Assembly: GCA_002633005.1 (NCBI GenBank)
Contig: NMRA01000038.1
Location: 386,786-450,785, forward strand
Reading direction: 5' to 3'
Length of the DNA stretch: 64,000 bases
From: Phoronis australis
Lineage: Eukaryota > Animalia > Phoronida
Shown here in pieces: positions 1 to 14,800 of this stretch. The notes under the pieces are model-generated. The model made no database searches and had not been told where the DNA came from. It saw only the letters and a program-made list of their open reading frames with translations. Position numbers and translations under genes: made by a program. The stretch's first letter is position 1. Each line of letters begins with the position of its first letter.

Positions 1-402
1 ATCTCTAACATGACCTTTCGTGTATCTTAGGAGAATAATCAAAAATATCAGGTTAATGTGACCATTTATCAAATAGGGAGGTGAAGCGCGTTCAGAGAGT
101 TGTGTGGAAACGTCTTTCCAAAAGGCATGGCTGATTGTTTTGTTGTTGTTGTTTTTGAACAAGTTGACGCACATTTAGGTTCAGCAGCAGAGATGTAACA
201 ATTCATGGCGGTGTGTTTTGCGTGGTGGTTGAATTTAGTATTTGTTAAGATACAATGGAGACACGGCAGACAGGCTCAACGGGATTCAATTTATTAGTGT
301 TTATTATTCCGAGTTATTGACATTTACTCTTTAATAATCTAGCGCGTATGATCTTACTGAGGCACGAAAAGAGCCGTACGTTGACACCCTACCCGGTCAG
401 TT

Positions 403-514
403 TGAGCACCACAGAATGAACACCACAGAATGAGCACCACAGAATGAGCACCACAGAATGAGCACCACAGAATGAGCACCACAGAATGAGCACCACAGAA
501 TGAGCACCACAGAA
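403..514. repeat. 14-bp minisatellite (TGAGCACCACAGAA) x8
   Basis: Eight consecutive units read directly; the second has one substitution (TGAACACC...). Confidence 0.95.
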
Positions 515-3499
515 TTTGCTGGTTCAGATCGAAGACACCACTCTGTTGTGGTTACATTGAATCGTCTCAAGCTGCTGATGTTATCGTTCTCTAGATAATG
601 ACATCATCATAAACACATTAGGGTCGACAATAGTATTTTCGAATTTTCGTTTTGAAATTGTGTAGGATATAGCATATTTGAATGGTTCGTGAAAAGGCCA
701 CGTGATTAGGTTTCGGTTTTTGAATTTTGAAAATTGGACAAGGAATGTGACTTTTACAACCTAAACCTAATATGTTCCTCATTAATCTTGCTGGGTGTGC
801 AACATCATTGGGCGAATTACCAAACCACCAGGCAGCAGTTGGATTTTGAGGTAAGCCAAGTGTAATTATAAATTCTTGGCATGAACTGTCCACATCCGGT
901 ATTTTCAGACGAAAAACCATGACACTCTTTTGTATGTCGAGCAGCTGGTCAAAACGAATGCTAAGTGACCATATATGTAGGCTTCATTTCTTCTAATTCC
1001 CATTCTCGTAAATTGTCTCTCTGCGGAATTATTTTTGAGCGGACTCACGACTGAATTGTTGTCGAGTTCGCAACATGTTATGTGACAGTTTTAGGTGAGC
1101 CGTCTCGACAACACGATTTCGCTGACTTGGTGGTCGGACTGGAGCTATTGTTCATCTACAACGTACCAGTTATAGGCACTATCGCAATGTTCAGTTTTTA
1201 GTCAGACTGATAGGTAGGTTTCAAAAACAATATTTAGAAACCCCAACACAACATTGTTGTTAACAGCTGTACTGATGAAGTTCAATTCATCAGTAGTGTA
1301 AGTTTTTGGTGATGTTGTGACGTTTTACGTGTGATTTCTTCATTAAAAAACAATTGCAGAGTTCCACAGTAAGACCATTTGTAGTGCTTGTTAAAGTGGC
1401 TATCGAGGTAGCGGTATATTCAGCTCATCGTACTAGAGATCCGATTATTGAGATGCGACTTATGTGGTTGGGGTCTACCTATCATTTGCGAAAAGGGTCG
1501 CCACTAGTTCTGCGCAATATTTAAGATCGTCTCGTAAATGAGACCTGCCCGAAGGGCAAACGTCCTTTTAGCACATTTTTTTTCCTAGTCTCGGCACAGT
1601 GCCTCAGGAGGTTACAAATAGTGTATCCCGGCTTTCCGTCAGTGCCGCGGCATTTAACACGCTTCCGAAAATACCTGTTTCCACGCACATCTCTCCAACT
1701 GCAACGAAGTTGTATTTGGGAAATTAGACTAAATTACATGTCCAGTACCGCCAGTGTTGGGCCACACTTCAGTGGTTTTAGTGATAAAGTGAGCACTTCC
1801 GGTGTCTTCAGTTTCACACAATCATCGGATCACAATGGGAACATTAAACGTGAACACGTTTAATGCGATGCTGAACTCCCAGGATGTACCCACTCCTTGA
1901 CAGTAGGCCTATTCTGGGAACCGTTCGCCCGCTGGAACATAGACGCCAAACACTTAAACTGCGAAAAAGTAAGATCCGCAAATCTTCGCGAAATATCGCC
2001 ATAGTATCACGTGATGGCACTAGCTTTGCTAGCGAGATTCTTACATCTTCGTAAGCCAACATTAACTAGTAGATTCGGTCAAATTATCTCCTCATGGCAT
2101 GCAGTATCACACGAAAACTAAAAGCGTGATCAGTCTCGCAATATCGAGCATGAAAACCATTAGTCCAGTAATTCTACGCATGACCCGGAAATAATTGCAA
2201 AAGCTTTAATGACATAAATCGTATCGTTTCACCTTTGCCAATGACCGTTTTTCGTAAAAGATCTCTTACGCCAAACTATTTTCATCTGACTCACGAAATG
2301 TCCTCGATCTCCACGTGGTGTTGTTTTTGAGATCTAACTGCCGTGGACGAGACGGTATCGTTACGTGTGACTGCGTTTTGGATAAAGTTTATTTTATATC
2401 GGATATGGGGTACAAAAAAAATAACAGGAATATGAACAACGAAAGCAAGGCAAAATATAGTCAGATAGAGGACATAAAACAAATCCAGAAATAAGGATTT
2501 ATACAAGTGACTGTAACGAGAAAATCGTTCTAACCGGACATATCTACTAAAGCATAATTTACAGGAATCACAATTATTGCTAGTACTCACACTGACATTC
2601 AAAATGTTTTTACAAGTATTATTCAAACTCCTCAAAATGTTTCTACAAGTGTTATTCAAACTTCTCAAAATTCGAAGCTGCTTACAAGGAAGTATTTCCA
2701 TATTTGACCACTTCATAGTTTAAGCCGTTGCAACCATACCTTTCATTGAACTGGGGAATTAAGAGAGAGTTTACATTTCGGAAACTGTACAAGCAAGGCT
2801 TTATCTTAAGAGGCGTTTCTCAGATTACATGGTCCAATTGGGTGACTGTAAACTACGGTAATAATTATCCCGTTTGGGACACTGAAAAATTATTTGTTTT
2901 GCTAAAAGTCGGAAAAATCTGTTGTCAGTTATTCTTGACGTTATTATAGACCTTGTCTCTACAAATCCAGCGTCCAATATTTTAGAAATATTATGAACGC
3001 CAAAATTGCCCCTGTCCCAATCTTTATAATCAAGAAAATTCAATTTGGCTTGAATTTCAGTGTCTCAAATTTTAGAGACCGGCCCAAACTGGAGATTTTT
3101 TACCGTAACAGTTCTATTATGGCAAACAGTGTGCTCTGGTTAATATATTAGAATATGAATATACCGAGTTATTGAAGGGCATGCACTGAACTTTCCTATT
3201 TGAGCTCTGGTTAAGTAGGAGGCAAGTGAACAACGGTTGAAATGTGACGTAATTGATACACTACAAACTAACAGCGAGTGCGAGAAGGTTTCGAAGGCGA
3301 AATAAAGTATTTACTTGCTTGAAGCTTTCTTACGTGCGACTGAGGCATACTCTTGAAAAGCGAGTTCATCGTCAATCTGCACTCCTAGTAGTTCCACTGA
3401 GTGACCTGAAATTAAGTTAGTATCATTTACATACAATAGCTTTCAAATTCACGTACATCATTTCGAGAACAAAACAATTCCTTGAAATTCGTCAGGATT

Positions 3500-3900
3500 T
3501 CCAACGATGTTGTTAGAGGTGAGCCATTTCATAGCCTTTGTAGCCGAGTTATTTAGGGCACTACACGCTATGGTTCAGTCGTTGTCCATAAAACTTAGAA
3601 TGTTCTCATCACCATAATTATAGACATAGCATAGGTGTGAGAGATGTTAAAAATGTCTTTTATAAAAAATATTGAATCAGCATGGACCCAAGCACTGAGC
3701 CTTGTGGAACGCTCCTAACAAGTTGTGGGACACCTCTAGCAACAAGTCTTCATTCACTTCAGGGGTCATCTATTTCGAAACGTTGTTTTCTTTGACATGA
3801 ATACGACTTCATTATGAGGTGAGATAAGTCTGTCACACCTGCGCTCATTTGATACAACTCGGCATTTTCCATAACAAGATATGCTGCACACATTTAACTT
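3500..3900 (-). mobile_element. Decayed non-LTR retrotransposon (CR1/L2-like) reverse transcriptase fragment
   Basis: Minus strand at ~3715-3600 reads SVPQGSVLGSML followed, after frameshifts, by NYGDENIL, matching RT motifs GVPQGSVLGP and YADD; stops and frameshifts present. Boundaries approximate. Confidence 0.65.
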
Positions 3901-4214
3901 ACTATACGTAGTAATATAAATGTCACACGGAAATGGACGAAATTTGCATCGAATACGAGCATGGTCACACCATACTCTTTCATGTTAACAATTTATGCAG
4001 CAAGCAGTCAAATGTCCTCGACAAGTCTAACAGAATGAAACCGACGAATATACCCGCGTCTAATTAACCTTCTCGCATGCCCTTGATCACTCTAATAACA
4101 TCCAGTTATGAATAATTTTTGAAAGCACAGTTTTTTATGAAATTTTGTTGAGTGTTTTCTCAAGAAATTGGTTTGTGGAAGAGGAGTGCATTCAGATGGG
4201 ATCTACTTCTTTTT

Positions 4215-4458
4215 TATAAATAAATAATTGTAGGCGGTCACGTGGTATCAGACGTGCGCAAGCCGCTTAGGTGGGTCCATAGCACTGATCACCCGAAATC
4301 ACTTTTATGCTTTATGAGATATATAGATATATAGATAAAACTGAGCTGTGGAGCTAGAGACCTCACTCCAAGGTCTAGCAATGTGTCCCAGTGGGACTCG
4401 AACTTACGACCTTGAGTATAGGAAGCGGACACCAATCACACTAGGCTACACTGCCCTC
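4215..4458 (-). mobile_element. tRNA-derived SINE, family A
   Basis: Minus strand begins GGCAGTGTAGCCTAGTG (A box) ... GTTCGAGTCCC (B box); the body aligns by eye along its length with the plus-strand copy at 23221-23457. Confidence 0.8.
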
Positions 4459-5821
4459 TCTGGGGATATTTCCTTTTCCTTCAGGATAGAGGGTGGCTGG
4501 ATTCGTAAACTGCCTTCTTCTAGAGGGAAGGGGTTAATGTTACAAATATACCTGTAGTTCTTTTGGAAAGGTTTTCAGAAACTTGGGAGGAATCCTGTCA
4601 AAGTCCCTTTCTTTGCTGAAATATGTCGATTTCAATTTCTTCAAGACGACACCTTTTACGTCGTTGAGCTTAGTATGGTTATTTGTCGGATCACTTTTCG
4701 TTTTTAAAGAGAAAAGCGTTTTACAGTAAAAAGGTTTACCTAATTTCAAAAGTTTAGTAAAGCAATGGGTCTCCAATTTTTATAACACACAGGGGTCATA
4801 TGAACAACAGAATGGCAATTTATCTGACTCCGCTGTGCCTCTAAGGTTGTAGACAGGGTTATCCCTTCAGTCTCCTCATAGATTTTTTGTGCAGAAATAC
4901 TTGCCTGTATAATTACAAATGAAGTGTGTGGGGCCAATAATTCCTCGAAGCGTATGTATGCTGTCAAATAATTGTTCAACAAACCGGGGTTTCCATATAG
5001 TTGATAATGCATAGAAAAAATACTATTTAATTCCATTTAAGTGTACATAAGACTCTTTATAACGGTGGCTGAAATACAGAATATTACACAGGATTTTGGT
5101 TACCCAATTCGTTCTTGTTTAAAATATTGTTGCAGTGTAAAAATTTTATTTACAGTGTTCTTTAAATATAAACACTTTCTGCAGTCTGTAGAACACGAGC
5201 TGAATATTCAGAAATACATACTTCTGAAAAATAGTAGGTTTATGGAAATCCTAGTTGGCCATTTTTGGCTATCAACTATTTTGTTGATACAGCTTGCCGG
5301 TAAACTTGTCACGAAAAAGCTTTAATAACACCCATGTGTGTGCGTGTGTGCGGAGTGTCGATTGTGCGTCCTCGTCTTTCTAATTGCATGAATGTTACTA
5401 TGCAAAAAGCAAATGAATAATTGGAAAAAAGGAATTACGGAACTACTCCCAGTCAAGTTCTGTAAAAGATGAAATTGAAAGCTAATTTATTCTCAAGAGT
5501 GGTATTAAAGATGACTCTAGTGATGACAGGTCATGATTATTGCTAACAGAAAGACGGTTTTCAGTGTTAACTACAAAATATTTTATTTGTTATTTGTGTC
5601 TGAATTTTGTTTTATCATGTATTTTTAGCGTTAGTGAGCTTGCATGTGTAGAATTAGTATAACCTGGTTAACTGTTTTTATGCTCGCTTTATAACACCAT
5701 GCCCGAGTCATCACCAATCCGTCGGAGTTGCCAACAGGTGGCAGTGATAGTTTCCACTTCCTCTGTTTTGCTAGGAACATGTGAAATAAAACGACGACAG
5801 AAGTTAATAACCAAATTCAAT

Positions 5822-8800
5822 ATGGGAAAGAAGAAACATGGTCTTGGACGTTCTCTTGTAAAGGATCGATTTGGAGGACCCAAGCGAGGGAAATCTAACG
5901 AGTCATTTGTAAGCCCTTTGGTTTAATCAATGAAGAGAATTTGTTTAGGTACTTTAGCCAGCTACGCTGTCGTTGTGCCTGTAGCTGCCTGTGTATGTTC
6001 AGACAACACGTAGCCCCTCGGTTGGCCGGTTAGGCGCTATAATACTTCCCATCATTTTCTGTACGAATTTCGTCCCGTGTATTTTATTGGCAATAAGCCA
6101 AATCCGGTCACCAATTAAAGAGTTTTCACCTCGTCAAAAATACATTCCACACTTAAAAATATCACTCAATATGAATAAGCGTTGCTTTCTTTAGTGGTCC
6201 TTTCTACTTCTACACATATCGTTGATGAAACTTAAATACGAGAATCAAGGTGACTTTGGCGAAGAATTCCAACTCCACTTTTTTGGACACTGTTTGACTT
6301 TTTCACCACGCACGTGATAACCACAAAGTATTTTAACCGAGTCACGTGAGTTTGGCAAAGGTTAGCACAAGACTGAACAAAGCATGTGACGCTGGCGCGT
6401 GACACTTGCAAAATAGCATGGGAAGGTATCAGGTGAAATTTGTAAGATTTGTGCCTCTGGGACTTTTTATTCGTCAACATGCGTGATTTTACGTACTTCC
6501 TCAAAATGGCACCCAGTAAGAGAAACTCCAGCAAAGCGCGACAGATTTTCAACGATTTGTTCAAAGACTTATGGTATGTGTTAATTATGACTCCATGTGC
6601 ATATATGCATGCTTCATTTGATTTTATTTCCTGTATTTTGAAATGAGTAACTTATTGTGAGGATGTACTATTGCCCCTGTATGCCTGCAGCATCCAGGGT
6701 GATGTAATTATCTACGTGTATGTTATGTTATGAAGCCTAGTGAGTAGTGTCAATGCAGGAAATTTTATTTGGGCCTTGAAATTTCTAACCGCCCTGGTAG
6801 TTCTGTTTGTCACCTCATTGTGAAACATTTATCAACATGTAGTTGGTGGTGGCAATTCCCAATCCATGCTTTACGCATCAAAAAGATAACAAATCTGCAA
6901 ATGACAATTGGCCACAGACGTCTTCAGCTTCTCTGTCTGTTCTGATTGTCCCCAATACACTATATATGTACTACAAGGTATGACACTCGAGATTAGGAAT
7001 CCCACAGGTGCTCCACTTCAGCTGTTCGTATCAAACACAAATCTCAATAAATTTACGCAAAACGAGTTCAACAAGCCATGAGCAATTGTTCTTTCTTCTG
7101 ATAGTATAAACAGCATCCTGCTCCAGTGATTGCAACAAATTAGTGCTCAAAACACAAAAATCCGATGCGTCACATTAATCACAATGGATATGGTAAGTTC
7201 TTCTGGAAGTCTCACTGAAGATTTTTCAGATAAATGACAGTTCAAATATCACTCAATCCTGGCAATAGAGACGCAGTCGCCACCTAAAATTTTCCTGTAG
7301 AGGACTGTCTGGGTCTGTGATGTCCTCGTATTTACCAACAAATTCACTGTAGCATTCCTTCATCATGTCTCTGTCTTTTCAAGTTGCACACCAGCGAACT
7401 GGAGGATGGCTATGATTGGGGCAGACTCAACTTACAGTCAGTCACTGAACAAAGTCAACTGGATGAATTTCTGTCCACAGCAGAATTGGCTGGCACAGAA
7501 TTTACAGCCGGTGAGGATTTCACACGTTTACTGTATTGCCGCGCCATTAGGCTCATGGGCTTCTGTGCAAAACTGCAATTTTATGCGAAATTTAGGCACA
7601 TATGCCAATATGTGAACCACTTGGTTAAAAAAAGGCTGCGAAGAATGAATTTTTACGGATATAGGCCCATGGGCGTTAAGTTACGATAATATGGAGTACA
7701 TAACTATTTACCAAAAAAATGTCAAAAATCAAATTATGTAGACTTTTTACTTTCAGAAATATATACTTCTTACTGACTTAAAATCTATAGTTTTTATAGA
7801 TATTTGGCTATATATACAGAGTCTGACTTGTTGACAAGCTCCTACGTAAGATGAATACTTCTCTTTTCACCAGACATAAGCTTAAGTGTACTTTGTGATT
7901 GTCAGCTTGCATTGCTCAAAGTTGAACGTAACAATTTTCAGTGCGCAGTGAGTTGATCGGGTGATGTAGCCATCTTATGTTCGATAGTTCAGTTGTTCTC
8001 TCATTATTCCTCTAAGTTTGCTGGGAGATGAGAACGGTTAGCATTCAGCAGCTCTACAATTTCGCACATTCGTGCACCTGTGATTATTTGCTTTCATCTA
8101 TATTTTACCCTCCTTTTAATGCGCGCATCATTTGATGAAGGACATTTTGACTTTCCGTTTTCATTTCGCACATCACAGGCGAATTTATATCTTTAATTAT
8201 CATGTGTATGCATTCAGCAACAGTCAATTTTGTTGTTGGCAGATTAAACTCATAAAATAACGATTAACGAAAATTCTGATCTTGAATAGCTAATCACATC
8301 CATGACTACATCTCATCTCACTGGGTTCTCTGTCAGTCATCCTTCTTCACGCCGATGCCCTCTATTAGTGTATTTTTTTACTTTACAGAGAAGCTGAATG
8401 TGACCTTTGTGAACCCTGAAGTTGGTGCGGGACTGTTGTCGTCAGAGGAGCTGAAACATGTTGAAAAGCTGCATGAGGAGCACAGAGACCTACTTTGTAT
8501 ACCGAGGCGGTAAGTCAACATTGCATTTTGAATAGAGTCTTTTTATATTCATAACATACATGCCCAGAAGCATGCAAAGTTGGCATGAGCACACGAGACC
8601 TAGCGTGGGTGTAGTCGAAGGAGCATTGATTGCTATGGGTCCGTGTACTTAGATGAAAGTGACTGCTTGTATGACAAAATATCTGTAAAATTCTCCTGAC
8701 TACTGGGTGGGTGGGCGGGACTTTTGTTGTGTGTTTGTGTGCAGATGTCGACTTGAAAATGTGTGTGGGGGTTTTACGCAACACCATAGCGTCTGGCACA

Positions 8801-11800
8801 CAACACGGCCGGACCCTGCCTTGCAGTCAAATGGCACCACAACAATATTATGGTTAGAAACTTGTGACTACATTAATGTTAACAAGTGATTTGAAAAGAA
8901 AGGTTCAGTTTTCTTTGCAACCGAAATATCACCAATCAAAATAATTATCTCTCTTTAAAACAAATTCAAATTATTTATTCAGCTGATAACACCATTGTTT
9001 GATGATAAATAAAAACCCAACTCATTTTTCCCTTGGCCGTAGACTATGAAATAAGTGTGCAATTGTTTTACAAATCTTTCCAAACGCTAAAGAAAAATAG
9101 ATGTGTGAATCTCTTTGGCTGACCGTGGTATGACCCAATTGCTTGTTTTGTTTTTGTCTGTTGAGCTATGTTCTGTGAAAAAAGTAAAAACATATTTCTG
9201 GCTTTAAGCATCTTGCCCTGTTGCAAAGATATGCACTGTATTATTTTTGCTGATATACATTTTTGACTTCCGAGATACAAACAACACATAACAAGGCTCA
9301 TGTCTGCTGATTGTGAAGTTTGAATTTGCACCGTATATATTGAAGCATTTTGTTTTCAGGCCAGTGTGGGATGACAGCACTTCAGCATCGGAACTCGACA
9401 GAATGGAACGAGACTCCTTCCTTGAATGGCGAAGGGGCTTGTCCGAGTAAGTATAAGCGATCGTCGATCTTGACAACATAGCATTTTATATAATAATATA
9501 ACACAACTACTGTTTATTGAATTCAGTTTACAGTTCTAAGCTAAATGTCACATGCTATATTTTCTCCCTCATATAATAATGGGTTGGTGTCAGTAAGTTG
9601 TTGTTCATGACTGAAATTTAAGCGTCCCAAAACTCAATTGACATAAAAGATACTAAGCTTTTTGCAATGAAACTAAAAATTTAGATAACTAATTTTGTTT
9701 ATAAACCATACTGTTGTCTGTCTGTTTGATAGGTTACAAGAAGACAAAGGGATTATTATGACACCGTTTGAGAAGAATTTGGACTTTTGGCGACAGTTGT
9801 GGAGAGTTATTGAGAGGAGGTGAATATACATAGCTGTAATACAAATTGAATCCACTTTTTCAGAAACGTTGGGTAAAATCATGTCAAACTTTGTTAAATA
9901 TTGCGTAATGAAGAATGAAATAATTGGAAACTAGTAGAAATTGCTTTGAAAATATTGGCAGAAGCAGTCTTTGAACTGTTCTTTGATTCTCAACTATTAT
10001 GCTGCTCCTATCTAAAGGCACTTTTTGGTAAAATCTTCTAACAATGAGTTGTCTAGCTTTGTCGAGAATTATGGAAATTGTGACACTGAAAATGAGAAGG
10101 GTGTCTTGAAGGTCATTTGGTGTGCAATTATGCATTGATTTAAGACTTTTGCCTCAAGTACTCAGGACTAGGAATTTTCCTCTTTTAAGAGGATTTCCTC
10201 TTTTTTGGTTTCATTTCCTCTTATTTAATTTCCCGTTTTTTCTTTTTCTGTCTCTTTTTATCATTATTTTGACTTTATTCATGCAAAAATGTTTATTTCA
10301 GTTAAATTCTACAACACACAAAATGTTTCTATCACACAAGTCCATTTGTGGAACTATCCAAATTTTCTCATTGGTCATTCCAAGCCCTGAGTACCTCATC
10401 TGATGAATGACAAGGACAATCATCTTCTCAAATTGCTTGAAAAGTTCAATTTTGAAAGTTTTCTGAAAATGTTTGCAGCAGAAACTTACTGAAGACATTT
10501 TGTGCTTAGCTATTACCAATTAAACCTGTTTTTCTCCAAAAATACCGACAATTATTTTGTAAGATTAATTACTTAAAAATAATGGAAATGGGAAAAAATT
10601 GCTTGCCAATGTTTTTTGAAAACGTCTTGCAAATTTTGACACAAACAGAATGTTATAATTATTGTAAATGTGAAGGGTCATACGGTCACCTTAGGTGTAA
10701 ACATTGAAGGTGGTGGTAAAAATTAGAATTGAACCTATTGTTATAACTATTATATGGCAGCTAGGTGGCAGCAGGGGTCAATTAATCAGAAGTATAACCA
10801 AATTTTTTTTGGTTGAACGAAATGATTTTTTTGGAACTTGTTTTGGTGACTATTTTTACTTTTTTTTCTTCCAGTGACATCGTAGTTCAGATTGTTGATG
10901 CTAGAAACCCAGAACTGTTCAGATGCGAAGATCTTGAAAAATATGTCAAGGAGGTTGGAGCTGACAAGACCAACTTGATTCTGATCAACAAAGCTGACCT
11001 GCTGACACAGGTGCAAAGGTGAGTCTGTGAACCTCTGGGGTGTTTCATAAAGTGACTTTGGACAGAATTTTGGCGTTACTCTCCCTCTTCACAGTGCCTG
11101 AAAAAAGTTAATCATAATAATTATGAACACATCACAGGCTAGAAATAATTAATGAACAGTTTCTCAGTGACTGGCAATTATGAATATATTCTCAGATACT
11201 TGTACTTTTGCTAAGGTGAATTTTAATTAATTTTAAAAAAATGGTTATGTGGAGCGTCAGACCCAGTATCATGGAACAGTCCCCAGGCTACAATTGAATA
11301 CTAATGTTGTGTTGTGAATGAAACTTCTGTTTTGCATGACTTTGACATTGTCCTTCAGTGACTAAATTGTATATTTCATCACTTGGTGTTTGAACTTCGA
11401 CTGAAAACAAGTAAATTTGAATAAGGATTTGTGTAATAAGTGTTACATTATTACATGTGAATTTTGGAAACTGGTGACACTGGTGCATTCTGTTCGATGT
11501 TTGGGAGAAAATAGTTAGTATTGACGTAAAGAACTTACTTTGCAGGCATATTGTTCTTCTTGTTTGGATTGAAATAAGTTGAATAAAACACCTTAAATTC
11601 CTGTAAAACTCGAAGTGCTTTTAGCTGGTAAAGTTAACAACTGTGACAGTCAATGGGCTGCTCTGAAGCAACAGTTCTTCTCAAGCCGAGAAATCATTTT
11701 TAAACTGAGTAAGGAATACGACGAGATCGATTTTTTTACGGTAATTGGCCTAAATCATCCTTTCCAATCCCAGAAACCACGTCCAAGCACTTCATTGTGC

Positions 11801-14800
11801 TAGGATTTGTTTGAATAGGAAAAGCAATAGAATCACATGTGAACGTGTAGATAATTCTGTAAGTACTGAATGCTCAATGTCAACTCCATTTGAGTTGCAT
11901 TATGTTGTTTATTCATAGTCATTTTATCTGTTTAGAATCCTTAAGAATCCAACGTGTTTTTCACTATTTAAGGGACAAGTGGGCTCAACATTATTCCACT
12001 CTGGGCGTACGTGTTGCCTTCTGGTCGGCTGTTTTAGAAACAGAACGGATTGAGTCTCGCGACTCGAATACTGTAAACAAATTAAACCGTAGTGACAATA
12101 ACAAAGATATTGGTAATGAAAGTGGTGACGATGATGATGGTGAGGATGACAGTGAAGTTGGTGATAATGACAGGAACAGCATACTAGAAAGTAGGCCTGT
12201 GAAAGTTTCGAGCCAAACAGCACTTTCGGAATTAAAGACTGGCAAAAATGTCATGATGGAGAACTTGTGTCTTGAAGAGGATGATCGAGCTAACTGTGCA
12301 AGTGCAAAAGTAGAGAGTGTTGGTGAAACTGTTGAAACTGTGGGTGATGGGGCGGTCGTTAACAGCTCTGGCTTACTGAATGGAGACCAGTTGTTGAAAC
12401 TATTCAAAAGTTTACACTCAGGGAACATAGTGCAAGGGAACCACGTCGTCACAGTGGGCATGGTAAGTTTGTAGCAGACAATGTTCAAAGATAGCTAGCA
12501 CATGCCTACTAACCGTTTTTGCATTTCGTTGGGGACTGAGTTCCACAGACGTAAGAATCGTGCGAGTAAATTTAGTGTGGTCATGTGCTCCACTTGCAAT
12601 GTATGGCGAGATCTCGGCAAGTCTCGCGTGATCTTGCAGTTTTGCAAGGTTCTCACGCCCTGGGTTTTCATTCACTGTCTTACGTCCATCTACATTTCAG
12701 GACCTAAGTATGAACCAGTTACTTTCACTAAATAACACCAGTTATTCAAGAGGAATAACTGATTCTCATTCAGGGTGCATAACATCGAGTTGTTTCTCAA
12801 ATGTCTACTGGCGTAGCCAAGGGCTGCTGTGACAGGAACCCTGGAGCTGGAATTATTGGGAAATCCTGGTTAGTGGCGTTTACCACAAACCTGCTTCTCA
12901 CAGTACATTAATTACCAATTGTCAATATGTCAATTAACCTGTCGCTGTTTTTTGTCAGCAATGAAAAACTGCAGTCGCTTATCTTTTATATTAATGTTTG
13001 TGAGACAACTACCTTAGTTTCGACCTCTCTGTTATCATTCAGGTCAGTACTGTCTAGCATTACACCCAGCTCAGAATTTTAAAGGATTTCCGTTTTAAGT
13101 GTCTTAATTTTTCTTGAGTTCGGTTTTACCCCCTGTTTTGGGATTTTTGTTTCTTTATTTAAGTGCTAGGCCTAGTATATAATAAGGCCCCTTGGTGACT
13201 GAAAAAGTCTCTTTTGTGGTTACATATTTTGTCCGTCTTTCGAAAACTGGTCTATTCTGTTGTTACCACCTTCACACAGAAGATGGGTTGAAACCATTTG
13301 TTGGTTTTAATTTCAGGTTGGTTACCCCAACGTTGGTAAAAGCTCCACCATCAATGCCATACTACAGTCAAAGAAAGTACCAGTGTCTGCCACACCAGGT
13401 CGAACAAAGCATTTCCAGGTAATTACATTAGTGCCTGGCAGTTTTGAAAAATGCACTCCAAGCACAACGTGTAAACTGTTGGTAATAGAAAGCTGGATGC
13501 CTGTCTAATGCTGTCCAATGTGTTTTGTAAATTTTTGTAATTTTGAAAAAAAGTTGGAAGTGTCGCTGTGGCAAAATTCTGCAGAATGTGGTCACTTAGT
13601 TCGTGCTCAACGTGGGTTATCAATGACACATGACCAGTCACTGAAGTATCACTGGGAAATAGAGGGCAGCCATTTGTGGTAAAGTCAATGTTAGTCGTGA
13701 AAGCTGAAAGCAGCATGAATTGTTTAAGTTAGAAAGTTTATGTTGTTTCCTGTCCTTACCACAAATTGTAATCAGAGCAAGCCACCTTTCCTGATTAAGC
13801 AATGGCTGACTCCAAGTCATTAGTAATCATGTAACTTGGACATTTCATTACCACTACAGTACAATTGCAACTGTACATTACATTTACGTTAAATAGAAAA
13901 TAAATCTGAAACTTAATAAGGTGATCCAGATACTCTGAAGGATACTATTGTAGGATGAAACGTAGGATATGTATCAAAATAAAACAACAATAATAGGTCA
14001 ACTGAAATTTTTGGATGTAATTAGACAATAACCCACGAATGTCCGTCTGAAACATACAAAATAACTATATAAATACTGTGAAGTGAACTCTCTATAAACA
14101 ATGAATGATAATTAATATTAATACATGTATGCCCCAGAAAATAGATAAATAAAAGAACTCACCAGCACTTATCTGGTTTTGTGTATAAATGTTATGTACA
14201 AACGTGAGGGCGCCTTAATGGCTGACGTAACATGAGATCGCAATCGCGTGTCACGTAAACAATTCTCTAATAATCAAACAGAAACAGAACTAACTGTAAA
14301 ATCAAACACAATATGACACATGACACGTGATATGTGGCGTAATGAAACTGTATCAGATCTGACACATTTTCATTACGCCACATATCATGTGTCATATTGT
14401 GCTTGATTTTACTATTATTTTTGTTTCATCTGTTGAGATAGGATTTGATTATATCCAAAAATTTCAGTCGGTCCATTATTGTTGTTACGTGTAATGCACT
14501 ACAGTGCTACATCACTAAGTTGGATCTTTGTTGTTAGACACTGTATGTGGACCAGTCTCTGATGCTGTGTGATTGTCCCGGACTCGTCATGCCAACGTTC
14601 GTGTCAACCAAAGCTGAGATGGTCGTCAATGGTATTCTTCCGATAGACCAGATGCGAGACCACGTGCCTCCTGTCAACCTCATATCCTTTTGTCACTGTG
14701 TCCATTTCTAGAGTTCACTTGGCAGCCGTTGAAAGTTCTCAGTTATAAGTTCTGTCTTTGTCTGACTGTGGCTCAATGCTTTGAATCCTGATTGGCTCAT

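Noticed and set aside
2296-2371. Possible minus-strand exon (GCAG acceptor, GTGAGT donor) of a gene extending left of the window
   Set aside because: No recognisable protein and no partner exons found; could be a UTR exon but is unsupported.
11991-12488. 165-aa antisense ORF (also 11924-12223)
   Set aside because: Shadow of the low-complexity acidic LSG1 exon 7; no independent motifs.
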